The notes: generated by a model from the sequence alone, not told the origin. Counted from the first letter of the stretch, positions 13,838 through 22,011 are shown. The stretch: 32,000 nucleotides of DNA from an uncultured Actinomycetes bacterium (GCA_963843975.1 CAWJMG010000001.1:1290001-1322000), one strand, 5' to 3'. Translations and numbers: made by a program.

Positions 13838-14362
13838 ATGAGCGACACGACCGACACCACGATCGAGACCACGACCGAGGCCCCCGTTTCCCGTGAAACG
13901 CGTGCCTCCGCCCTCGAGCGCGAGGGCGACATCGCCGCCGACTACCTCGAGGGCCTGCTCGACATCGCCGACCTCGACGGTGACATCGACATGGACGTCG
14001 AGGGCGACCGTGCCCTCGTGAGCATCGTCGGTGGCGACATCGAGCACCTCGTGGGTGACGACGGCAAGGTGCTCGACGCCCTGCAGGAGCTCACCCGCCT
14101 CGCGGTCACCCGCGAGACCGGCGACCGCTCCCGCCTCATGCTCGACGTCGCCGGCCACCGGGCCGCGCGCCGCGAGCAGCTGACGGCCCTCGGCAGCGAG
14201 GCCGCCACGCGCGCCAAGGAGTCGGGCGAGGCCGTGCGCCTCGAGCCGATGAGCCCGTTCGAGCGCAAGGTCGTGCACGACGCCGTGGCCGCTGCCGGTC
14301 TCACGAGCGAGTCCGAGGGCGTGGAGCCCAAGCGCTACGTCGTCGTGCTCCCCTCGGCCTGA
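13838..14362 (+). CDS. Jag/KhpB-type R3H domain RNA-binding protein (Rv3920c equivalent)
   Basis: C-terminal R3H region LEPMSPFERKVVHDAVAAAGLTSESEGVEPKRYVVVLP. I use ATG 13838 (MSDTTDT), with AGGAAG 7 nt upstream, in preference to the track start at 13799. Confidence 0.9.
   Translation: MSDTTDTTIETTTEAPVSRETRASALEREGDIAADYLEGLLDIADLDGDIDMDVEGDRALVSIVGGDIEHLVGDDGKVLDALQELTRLAVTRETGDRSRLMLDVAGHRAARREQLTALGSEAATRAKESGEAVRLEPMSPFERKVVHDAVAAAGLTSESEGVEPKRYVVVLPSA
13885..13900. promoter_or_regulatory. parS centromere site 3 (inside the jag coding sequence)
   Basis: CGTTTCCCGTGAAACG, identical to site 2. In frame it is read as PVSRET in Jag. Confidence 0.8.
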
Positions 14363-14369
14363 TCCGGCC

Positions 14370-15059
14370 GTGACCGACGCCGTCAGCACGGGGGAGGTGC
14401 CCCGCGAGCCGGTCGACCTGCTGGTCGAGTCCCGGCTCGTGGAGCGCTACCCCGATGCCGCCGAGGGGCTGCGTGCGTACGCCGCCCTCCTCGCCGGCGA
14501 CGGCGTCGTGCGCGGGCTCATCGGCCCGCGTGAGACCGCGCGGCTCTGGAGCCGGCACGTGGCCAACTGCGCGGTGCTCGAGGAGCTCATCCCCGAGGGC
14601 TCCTCGGTGGCCGACATCGGCTCGGGGGCCGGCCTGCCCGGCCTGCCGCTCGCGCTCGTGCGCCCAGACGTCCACGTGGTGCTCGTCGAGCCGCTCCTGC
14701 GGCGTGCGACGTTCCTCTCCGAGGCGGTGGAGGCCCTCGGGCTCACCGACCGGGTCGGGGTGCTGCGCGGCCGTGGCGAAGAGGTCACGCTCTCGGTGGA
14801 CGTGGTGACGGCTCGCGCCGTGGCTCCCCTGGACCGCCTCGCGGGCTGGACGCTGCCGCTGGCGAAGGTCGGCGGCATCCTGCTCGCGCTCAAGGGGGAG
14901 GGGGCGGCCGAGGAGGTCGTGGCCTCCCAGCAGGCCCTGGAGAAGGTGGGCGGCGGCAACGCCGAGGTGCTCACCTGCGGTGCCGGCGTCGTGGACCCGC
15001 CCACCACGGTGGTCCGCGTGGTCCGCAAGACCGCTGGTCGACGGAAGGGATCCCGATGA
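14370..15059 (+). CDS. rsmG: 16S rRNA (guanine527-N7)-methyltransferase RsmG/GidB
   Basis: 229 aa. Motifs: GLIGPRETARLWSRHVANCAVL, the SAM motif DIGSGAGLPGLPLAL, and VLVEPLLRRATFL. Confidence 0.93.
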   Translation: MTDAVSTGEVPREPVDLLVESRLVERYPDAAEGLRAYAALLAGDGVVRGLIGPRETARLWSRHVANCAVLEELIPEGSSVADIGSGAGLPGLPLALVRPDVHVVLVEPLLRRATFLSEAVEALGLTDRVGVLRGRGEEVTLSVDVVTARAVAPLDRLAGWTLPLAKVGGILLALKGEGAAEEVVASQQALEKVGGGNAEVLTCGAGVVDPPTTVVRVVRKTAGRRKGSR

Positions 15060-15217
15060 GCGAGTCTGGCCCCGCAGCCCCTGGGCTCGGGTGGCCGCTG
15101 CCGCCCGCGCGGACCAGCCCGTCCGGCCTCGGCTGGCCGGCGGACGACCCCGGCACCGCGCGCACGATCCCGAGCACCACCACCGCGAGCACCACGAGCC
15201 CGGAGGGGCAGTCATGA
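15056..15217 (+). CDS. candidate 53-aa ORF translationally coupled to rsmG and parA
   Basis: Below the ORF-track size cutoff. Its ATG overlaps the rsmG stop (ATGA) and its TGA overlaps the parA ATG (ATGA). Peptide: MSESGPAAPGLGWPLPPARTSPSGLGWPADDPGTARTIPSTTTASTTSPEGQS. 49 of 53 codons end in G/C by hand count, higher than the other two frames here. No homology is known to me. Confidence 0.3.
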   Translation: MSESGPAAPGLGWPLPPARTSPSGLGWPADDPGTARTIPSTTTASTTSPEGQS

Positions 15218-16200
15218 GCGTCGAGCCCGAGCAGGAGGCCCTGGCGGCCGCCCAGACGGCGACCGGCACCGGCTCCGAGCTCACCTACGACACGCCGCTG
15301 GCCCGTGCGGCCGAGGTGGCGGTCGCGGTCAAGCACCGCAGGTTCGGGGAGGACCTCCCCAAGCCGCCGCGGCCGCGGGTGCTCACGGTCGCCAACCAGA
15401 AGGGCGGCGTCGGCAAGACGACGTCCACGGTCAACCTCGCCGCGGCGCTCGCCCTGCAGGGCCTCGAGGTGCTCGTCATCGACCTCGACCCGCAGGGCAA
15501 CGCCTCCACGGCGCTCTCGGTCGAGCACCACGCGGACATCCCGAGCATCTACGACGTCCTCATCGAGGGTCGCCCGCTCGTCGAAGTCGTCGTGCCGGTG
15601 GCCGACCACGAGGGCCTGTGGTGCGCCCCGGCCACCCTCGACCTGGCCGGTGCCGAGATCGAGCTCGTCTCGTCCGTGGCCCGCGAGCACAAGCTGCGCA
15701 AGGCCGTGGCGGCGTACCTCCCGGTGCACGAGCGCGAGCACGGCCGGCTCGACTACGTGCTCATCGACTGCCCGCCGAGCCTCGGCCTGCTGACCCTCAA
15801 CGCGCTCGTGTGCGCCGACGAGGTGCTGATCCCCATCCAGTGCGAGTACTACGCGCTCGAGGGCCTGGGCCAGCTGCTGCGCACGGTCGGCCTCGTGACC
15901 GAGGAGCTCAACCCCACGCTGCAGGTCTCGACGATCCTGCTGACGATGTACGACGCCCGCACCCGCCTGGCCGCGCAGGTGGCCGACGAGGTGCGCAGCC
16001 ACTTCGGCGAGCGGGTGCTGCGGACGGCGATCCCGCGCTCGGTGCGGGTGTCCGAGGCGCCGTCGTACGGGCAGACCGTCATGACCTACGACCCGGGCAG
16101 CACCGGGGCGCTGTCGTACCTCGAGGCGGCGCGCGAGCTGGCCCGCCAGGTGCTCGCCGGGGGCTCGCAGGCCGCGCCTGCGGCACCCGAGAGCGTCTAG
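15214..16200 (+). CDS. parA: chromosome partitioning ATPase ParA
   Basis: Deviant Walker A NQKGGVGKTTSTVNLAAALA, then VIDLDPQGNAST. I use ATG 15214, with GGAGGGG 7 nt upstream. The track start (14980) adds an Arg/His-rich extension. Confidence 0.95.
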   Translation: MSVEPEQEALAAAQTATGTGSELTYDTPLARAAEVAVAVKHRRFGEDLPKPPRPRVLTVANQKGGVGKTTSTVNLAAALALQGLEVLVIDLDPQGNASTALSVEHHADIPSIYDVLIEGRPLVEVVVPVADHEGLWCAPATLDLAGAEIELVSSVAREHKLRKAVAAYLPVHEREHGRLDYVLIDCPPSLGLLTLNALVCADEVLIPIQCEYYALEGLGQLLRTVGLVTEELNPTLQVSTILLTMYDARTRLAAQVADEVRSHFGERVLRTAIPRSVRVSEAPSYGQTVMTYDPGSTGALSYLEAARELARQVLAGGSQAAPAAPESV

Positions 16201-16313
16201 CGCACGAACTGCGGTACCTCGCTGCCCGCCCGAGCGGGGTGGGCGGCGGCGGGTAGGGTCACGGATCGCGGGGCGCACGACGGCGTGCGCCACGGAGTGA
16301 GGGGAGCGGCAGG

Positions 16314-17366
16314 GTGAACCAGCGACGTGGGCTCGGTCGTGGGCTCGGCGCGCTCATCCCCAGCTCGACCCCCAAGCCCGAGGAGCAGCACCCCGAGGGC
16401 ACCGAGGCGGCCGACCTCACCGGCTCGCGCGACGCACCGCCCGTGCCGGCCGTGCAGACCGCCGCCAACGCGAGCGACCCGCACCCCGTCGACGCCTTCT
16501 TCTCGGCCGCGCCGGCTGCTGCCGCCGACCCGGTCGACGACTCGGCGCTGCAGAACGTCGAGGGCGTGCGATACGCCGAGATCCCGCTCGACGACATCAC
16601 GCCCAACCCGCGCCAGCCGCGCGAGGTGTTCGACGAGGACGCCCTTGCCGAGCTCGTCTTCTCCATCCGCGAGATCGGGCTGCTGCAGCCGGTCGTCGTG
16701 CGCCCCGCCGGCCCGGATTCCGCAGTGCCGTTCGAGCTCGTGGCGGGCGAGCGCCGCTGGCGCGCGAGCCGCCTTGCCGGCCTCGAGCGCATCCCGGCGA
16801 TCATCCGCGAGACCGCGGACGACGTGCTGCTGCGCGACGCCCTGCTCGAGAACCTCCACCGCGCCCAGCTCAACGCGCTCGAGGAGGCTGCGGCGTACCA
16901 GCAGCTGCTCGACGACTTCGGCTGCACCCAGGAGGAGCTCGCCACCCGCATCGGCCGCAGCCGGCCCCAGGTGAGCAACACGCTGCGCCTGCTCCGCCTG
17001 CCGGCCCCCGTGCAGCGCCGCGTGGCCGCCGGGGTGCTCTCGGCCGGTCACGCCCGTGCGCTGCTCGCCCTCGACGACACCGACGCCATGGACCGCCTCG
17101 CCACCCGCATCGTGGCCGAGGGGCTGTCGGTGCGCTCGGTCGAGGAGATCGTGGCGATCGGCGAGGGCGACGGTCGTGAGCGCGTGCGGGTCTCGCGTCC
17201 GCGTACGCCGTCCATGCCGGGGCTTGGCGACATCGCCGCGCGCCTGTCGGACCGCCTCGAGACGCGCGTGAAGGTCGAGGCCGGCAAGAGCAAGGGCAAG
17301 GTCTCGATCGAGTTCGCGACGCTCGAGGACCTGCGCCGCATCGTCGACATCATCGACCGCGACTAG
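16314..17366 (+). CDS. parB: chromosome partitioning protein ParB
   Basis: N-terminal [12 protein letters not shown]; ParB box [34 protein letters not shown]; the GERRWRAS arginine patch; and an HTH region. The GTG start is preceded by GGGGAG. Confidence 0.95.
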   Translation: MNQRRGLGRGLGALIPSSTPKPEEQHPEGTEAADLTGSRDAPPVPAVQTAANASDPHPVDAFFSAAPAAAADPVDDSALQNVEGVRYAEIPLDDITPNPRQPREVFDEDALAELVFSIREIGLLQPVVVRPAGPDSAVPFELVAGERRWRASRLAGLERIPAIIRETADDVLLRDALLENLHRAQLNALEEAAAYQQLLDDFGCTQEELATRIGRSRPQVSNTLRLLRLPAPVQRRVAAGVLSAGHARALLALDDTDAMDRLATRIVAEGLSVRSVEEIVAIGEGDGRERVRVSRPRTPSMPGLGDIAARLSDRLETRVKVEAGKSKGKVSIEFATLEDLRRIVDIIDRD

Positions 17367-17512
17367 CTGAGCGCTCGCACCGTACGCGCCACCGCCGTAC
17401 GCCGAGCGCGTCGCGCTCGCAAGCCACGCGCCGAGCGCATCACCGCACCATCCACAGCCGCGATCCCTTGCGCCACAACCGTTCCCGGCGGAGCGCCGTA
17501 CCCACGAGTAGT

Positions 17513-17549
17513 GGTCACCAAAGGGCCCTTCAAGGGCACTTTGGTGACC
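17513..17549. terminator. long imperfect hairpin between convergent parB and ddl (probable bidirectional terminator)
   Basis: GGTCACCAAAG-G-GCCCT / AGGGC-A-CTTTGGTGACC gives 16 paired positions with one mismatch around a short loop. A second small hairpin, CGCCC-ttcag-GGGCG, lies at 17564-17578. There is no U-tract. Confidence 0.5.
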
Positions 17550-17604
17550 CTAAGGGTCAACAAGCGCCCTTCAGGGGCGGTCTCGTGACCGCTTCTTCCG
17601 GGCT

Positions 17605-18561
17605 TCAGGACTCGGTGGCTCGGGTCACCAGGGTGGCGACGAGGTCGCCGAGGTCGAGGCCGGCGGCTGCGACGGCCTGGGGGTACGTCGAGGTCTCGGT
17701 CATGCCGGGGGCGACGTTGACCTCGAGGAACCATGGCGTGCCGTCGGCGTCGACGATCAGGTCGACGCGCGACCAGTGCCGCAGCCCGAGGGTCGAGTGC
17801 ACGGTGGTCGCCGTGGCCGCGCACGCGGCGAGGACGTCGTCCGAGAGCCGCGCGGGCACGAAGAACTCGGTGGCGCCGGCGGTGTAGCGGGCGCCGTAGT
17901 CGTAGAAGCCGCCGTCGGGCACGATCTCGACCACCGGCAGGGCGCGCGGGCCGCTGCCGTCGTCGACGACCGACACCGCCACCTCGGTGCCGGTGACGAA
18001 CCGCTCGATGAGTGCGGTCTCGCCGTACGCGAACGACGCCATCATCGCGCCGGGCAGGTCGGCGGCGGACCGCACGACCGAGGCGCCGAGCGAGGAGCCG
18101 CCGCGCGTCGGCTTGACCATCAACGGGAGGCCGAGACTCGCCACGACGGCGTCGAGGACGGCGGCCGCGCCGAGCTCGCGGAAGGTCGTGGCGGCGAGCA
18201 CGAACTGCGCCGGCACGGCGATGCCTGCGGCGCGCACGCGCGCGGAGGCCACGGGCTTGTCGAACGACGTACGGCACGCGTCGGGGGTCGAGCCGACGTA
18301 GGGGAGCCCGAGGGCGTCGAGCACGCCGCGTACGGCGCCGTCCTCACCCGGGGCGCCGTGCAGCAGCGGCACGACGCACGACGGGCGGTCGGCGGCGAGG
18401 GAGGCGAGAAGGCCGGCGTCGGCGTCGAGGACGTCGACCGTGAGGCCTGCCAGCCGCAGGGCCTCCGCGACCCGGCGCCCCGAGCGCACCGACACATCGC
18501 GCTCGGGCGACAGGCCGCCGGCCAGGACGACCACTCGCCCGATGGAGGTGCTGCTGCTCAT
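17605..18561 (-). CDS. ddl: D-alanine--D-alanine ligase (short DdlB-like ATP-grasp)
   Basis: 318 aa. Motifs: VVVLAGGLSPERDVSVRSG, LPLMVKPTRGGSSLG, the omega loop GFYDYGARYTAG with the Tyr retained, and FLEVNVAPGMT. ATG follows AAGGGGA 7 nt upstream. Confidence 0.9.
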   Translation of the reverse strand: MSSSTSIGRVVVLAGGLSPERDVSVRSGRRVAEALRLAGLTVDVLDADAGLLASLAADRPSCVVPLLHGAPGEDGAVRGVLDALGLPYVGSTPDACRTSFDKPVASARVRAAGIAVPAQFVLAATTFRELGAAAVLDAVVASLGLPLMVKPTRGGSSLGASVVRSAADLPGAMMASFAYGETALIERFVTGTEVAVSVVDDGSGPRALPVVEIVPDGGFYDYGARYTAGATEFFVPARLSDDVLAACAATATTVHSTLGLRHWSRVDLIVDADGTPWFLEVNVAPGMTETSTYPQAVAAAGLDLGDLVATLVTRATES

Positions 18562-18589
18562 GCGTGAATCCCCTTGTGCTGCAACGGAT

Positions 18590-19918
18590 CTAGGCGAGGT
18601 TGGTGTGAGGCGCGGAGGCCGAGCGGCGCTCCGCGACGTGGGTGGGCGAGCCGAACGTCTGCGCGAGCTCGAGCTCGTCCTTCATGACGCCCGCCAGGCG
18701 GCGAACGCCCTCACGGATGCGGTCGGGCTCGGGGTAGCAGTACGACAGCCGCAGCGCGTTCTGCCCGCCGGCGCCCGCGGCGAAGAAGCCGGTGCCGGGC
18801 ACATAGGCCACGAGCGCGGCGACCGCGCGAGGGAGCATCGCGGTGGAGTCCATGCCCTCGGGCAGCGTGACCCAGGAGTAGAAGCCGCCGCCCGGCACCG
18901 TCCAGTGCGTGCCCTCGGGCATGAGTGCCTCGAGCGACTCCAGCAGCGCGTCGCGCCGTTCGCGGTAGACCTCGCGGAAGACCTTCACCTGGTCCATCCA
19001 CGGCTGCGTGGCGAGGTACTCCGAGATGGTGAGCTGCGTCAGGTTCGACGGGCACAGCGTGGCTGTCTCGTTGGCGAGCACGAGCTTCTCGCGGACACCG
19101 TGCGGCGCTACCGCCCAGCCCACGCGCAGGCCGGCGGCGATGGTCTTGGAGAACGTGCCGAGGTAGATGACGCCCTCGGCCTCGTCGGCACGGATCGCGC
19201 GGGGCACCGTGCCGTCGAAGCCGAGCAGTCCGTAGGGGTCGTCCTCGAGCAGCAGGATGCCGTTCGACCGCGCGGCCTCGAGCACCTCGAGCCGGCGCTC
19301 GGGCCCCTGCGTGACGCCGCCGGGGTTGTGGAACGACGGGATCGTGTAGATCAGCTTGGGCGTCTTGCCCTGCGCGCGCACCGAGGCGATCGCCTCGCGC
19401 AGCGCGTCGGGCCGCATGCCCTGCTCGTCCATCGGCACGTGCACGACCTCGCACTGGTACGCCGAGAACACGCCCAGAGCGGTCACGTACGTCGGCGCCT
19501 CGGCGATGATCACGTCGCCCGGGTCGCAGAACACGCGCACGACGAGGTCGAGCGCCATCTGCGAGCCCGCCGTCACGACGATGTCGTCGGGGTGGGCGCG
19601 GACGCCGACCGGCTCCATCACCTCGAGGATCTGCTCCCGCAGCGTCACGTCGCCCTGGCCGGAGCCGTACTGCAGCGCGACGGCGCCGCGATCGCGGATC
19701 AGACGGGCGACGGTGTCGGCCATGGCGTCGAGGGGGAGCGCGGAGACGAACGGCATGCCGCCTGCGAGGGAGACGACCTCGGGCCGGGACGCGACCGCGA
19801 ACAGAGCTCGTACCTGCGAGGCCGTGAGGCCGCGGGTGCGGGCCGCGTACGAGTCGACCCAGGGGTCGAGGCGCGTACCTGTGCTCGGGGGCGTCGTCGG
19901 CTCCATGCCGCGGACCAC
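18590..19918 (-). CDS. PLP-dependent aminotransferase, class I/II (2-aminoadipate/aromatic transaminase-like)
   Basis: 442 aa. Motifs: LAGGMPF, QYGSGQGDVTLRE, IYTIPSFHNPGG, and the PLP lysine context YLGTFSKTIAAGLRVGW. The start is uncertain (GTG 19918 or ATG 19906). The gene lies 28 bp upstream of ddl on the same strand. Confidence 0.88.
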   Translation of the reverse strand: MVRGMEPTTPPSTGTRLDPWVDSYAARTRGLTASQVRALFAVASRPEVVSLAGGMPFVSALPLDAMADTVARLIRDRGAVALQYGSGQGDVTLREQILEVMEPVGVRAHPDDIVVTAGSQMALDLVVRVFCDPGDVIIAEAPTYVTALGVFSAYQCEVVHVPMDEQGMRPDALREAIASVRAQGKTPKLIYTIPSFHNPGGVTQGPERRLEVLEAARSNGILLLEDDPYGLLGFDGTVPRAIRADEAEGVIYLGTFSKTIAAGLRVGWAVAPHGVREKLVLANETATLCPSNLTQLTISEYLATQPWMDQVKVFREVYRERRDALLESLEALMPEGTHWTVPGGGFYSWVTLPEGMDSTAMLPRAVAALVAYVPGTGFFAAGAGGQNALRLSYCYPEPDRIREGVRRLAGVMKDELELAQTFGSPTHVAERRSASAPHTNLA

Positions 19919-20076
19919 GTTCCTTCATCGGGGGACGATCGGGCGACCAGCATCCCGCACGGGGTCCCGTCGCGCCGAGCGGGTTGCGGAAGACGCCAGC
20001 GGTGCCCGGGTCGACCAAGGCCGCGACTCGCAGCCGCCGGTGTGCCTAGGATCCGGTAAGGACGAGGGGAGCCGTG

Positions 20077-20190
20077 ATGCGAGTGGTGCGCTGGTTGCTG
20101 GCGCTGGTGGCGCTCGGTCTCGTGGCGGGCTTCGTCGTCAGCCTCGTGCGTCCGCGCGCCGGCGAGCTCCCCCACCCCGTGACGGCCTGA
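20077..20190 (+). CDS. candidate 37-aa single-TM protein
   Basis: Below the ORF-track cutoff. GAGGGGAG lies 5 nt upstream of the ATG. Peptide: MRVVRWLLALVALGLVAGFVVSLVRPRAGELPHPVTA. Nearly all codons end in G/C. The stop is 5 nt before the next gene's ATG. Confidence 0.45.
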   Translation: MRVVRWLLALVALGLVAGFVVSLVRPRAGELPHPVTA

Positions 20191-20195
20191 CCGCC

Positions 20196-20840
20196 ATGGC
20201 CGTCGCCCGCCGCCTGGCGCCCCTGACACGCGACTCGATCACCGAGCTCGCCTCTCCCTGCCGCTCGTGCACGCGGTGGGAGCTCGACGCCGTCCACCGC
20301 GCTCGCGTGGAGGAGGACGGCGACGGCCTCGGCGCCAAGGAGGCGTGGCTGTCGAACACCCTCCTCGAGTGGGGGTCGTGCGGCCAGGTCGTCCGCGTCG
20401 ACGGCACCGTCGCGGGCTACGTGCTCTACGCGCCGCCGGCGTACCTCCCGGGGCTCGCGGCGTACGCGACCTCGCCGGTGTCGGGCGACGCCGTGGCGCT
20501 CGCGACCCTGCACGTCGACCCCGAGCACGCCGGTGTGGGTCTCGGCCGGATGCTCGTGCAGGGCATGACCGCCGACCTCGCGCGGCGCGGCGTGCGCGCG
20601 GTGGAGGCGGTGGCCTCGACCACCGGCGCCGACGCATGCCTCATCCCCGCGGATTTCCTTCTCGCCGTGGGGTTCACGACGGTCCGCTCTCACCCGCGGC
20701 ACCCGCGGATGCGGCTCGACCTGCGCCAGACGGTCGTGGGCTTCATGCGTGACGACGTCGTCGAGGCCGCGCTCGACCGCCTGCTCGGCCGCGGCCGCGT
20801 CGGCGCCCCGGGGCTGCAGCGCGAGGAACCGCTCGCCTGA
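20196..20840 (+). CDS. GNAT-like acetyltransferase-fold protein (Rv3916c-position conserved hypothetical)
   Basis: 214 aa. ATLHVDPEHAGVGLGRMLVQGMTADLARRG resembles the GNAT acetyl-CoA motif (R/Q-x-x-G-x-G/A). There is an N-terminal CRSC pair. The track ORF (from 19356) is over-extended; ATG 20196 is used. Confidence 0.7.
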   Translation: MAVARRLAPLTRDSITELASPCRSCTRWELDAVHRARVEEDGDGLGAKEAWLSNTLLEWGSCGQVVRVDGTVAGYVLYAPPAYLPGLAAYATSPVSGDAVALATLHVDPEHAGVGLGRMLVQGMTADLARRGVRAVEAVASTTGADACLIPADFLLAVGFTTVRSHPRHPRMRLDLRQTVVGFMRDDVVEAALDRLLGRGRVGAPGLQREEPLA

Positions 20841-20865
20841 TGCGCGCGCCGTACGGGGGAGAGAA

Positions 20866-21958
20866 GTGACCGAGTGGCTGCCGGGGCCGAAGCGCCCCGA
20901 GGACGAGCCGGTGCCGAAGGCGCCCGAGCCCGTGCGGCCAGACCCGATGGACCTGCCGCCCGACGTTCCGCGGTCGCCGTCCGGACGCGTGCCGCAGTGG
21001 GTGCTCGACGAGGCGGCCGGACGCCCGAGCGAACCGGTGCCGTTCCGTGCCTGGCAGAGCGACGCGTTCAGCGCTCCGAGCCCGAAGGCCCGGCGTAGGA
21101 GCCGGGTCCGCGCGACCGTGGCGGTCGTCGCACTCGCTGCGCTGGTCTCGGGCATCGTGTGGTGGGGACAGCAGGGCACTGCTCCCCCGTCGTACGCCGA
21201 TGCGCCCGATGCTCCCGCACCGACCGCGCCCGCCCAGGAGCCGAGCACGCCCGCGCCGACCAGCGGGCCGCGGACGACAGCCCCGGCGCCGGGGCTCGGC
21301 GAGACCCCGCGGCCGGCGTCCCTGCCCGAGGGCGACCTGCAGCAGCCGAAGTCCACGGGCTACGCGTTCGTCTCCAAGCAGGCCGACAAGAAGACCGGCG
21401 TCACCTGGTCGCCGTGCCGGCCGGTGCGCTGGGTGCTGCGGGCAGAGGGCCAGGCGCCGCGCGAGGGCGACCGCATGCTGCGGGAGGCGTTCGCTCGGTT
21501 GGCCACGGAGACCGGCCTCGACTTCGAGTACCTCGGCACCACGACCGAGAAGTACGCCGACAAGCGCAAGGCCTACCAGCCGAGCAGGTACGGCAAGAAC
21601 TGGGCGCCCGTGCTCGTGAGCTGGTCGAGCCTGAAGGACGACCCGGCCCTCGCCGGCGACGTGCTCGGCCGCGCCGGGCCGCTGTGGGTCGTGAGCGACA
21701 GCGGCGACCGCACGTTCATCTCAGGCACGGTGAGCCTCGACGCCGCAGAGGCTCGGCCGGCTGCGGTCGGCGTACGGCTACGACGTGGCCCGCGGGGTCG
21801 TGATGCACGAGCTCGGCCACCTCGCCGGGCTCAGCCACGTGAAGTCGAAGACCTCGCTCATGAACGCCCGCGTGCAGCGCGGCGTCACCGACTTCTCGGC
21901 CGCCGACCTCGCCGGCCTGAAGGTGCTCGGCCAAGGCCCCTGCCAGCCCGACGCCTGA
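20866..21958 (+). pseudogene. matrixin-like membrane-anchored Zn metalloprotease with a broken reading frame
   Basis: From GTG 20866 (GGGGGAGAG upstream), one frame encodes a cytoplasmic tail, a TM helix (VAVVALAALVSGIVWW) and the conserved VTWSPCRPVRWVL...YGKNWAPVLVSW...FISGTVSLDAA region. The catalytic end, YGYDVARGVVMHELGHLAGLSHV...DFSAADLAGLKVLGQGPCQPDA*, is readable only in the +1 frame, which is open from 21734 and stops at 21956-21958. A strong hairpin follows that stop. Confidence 0.65.
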
Positions 21959-21981
21959 CCCCGGGGACCGCCTGGCTGTGT

Positions 21982-22011
21982 GGCGAACGCGCTGCCGAGC
22001 GCGCGTTCGCC
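21982..22011 (+). terminator. terminator-like hairpin after the metalloprotease
   Basis: GGCGAACGCGC-(8 nt)-GCGCGTTCGCC, an 11-bp perfect stem beginning 24 nt after the frame-B stop. There is no U-tract. Confidence 0.5.

Noticed and set aside
13715-13900. Three copies of a ~16-nt repeat that might suggest a mini CRISPR-like or other repeat array.
   Set aside because: The repeats match the parS consensus, are irregularly spaced (34 and 136 bp between starts), one is inverted and one is inside a gene. No cas genes are present.
14980-15213. 78-aa N-terminal extension of parA given by the ORF track.
   Set aside because: It is Arg/His-rich (…HDPEHHHREHHEP…), has lower GC3 than the alternative frame, and overlaps rsmG. 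ATG 15214 has a strong GGAGGGG SD and yields a ParA N-terminus comparable to other actinobacterial ParA proteins.
16272-16291. 8-bp stem hairpin (GGCGCACG-acgg-CGTGCGCC) in the parA-parB gap, just upstream of the parB SD.
   Set aside because: It is short and lacks a U-tract, and it lies within what is normally a parAB co-transcript. On sequence alone there is insufficient evidence to call it an attenuator or terminator.
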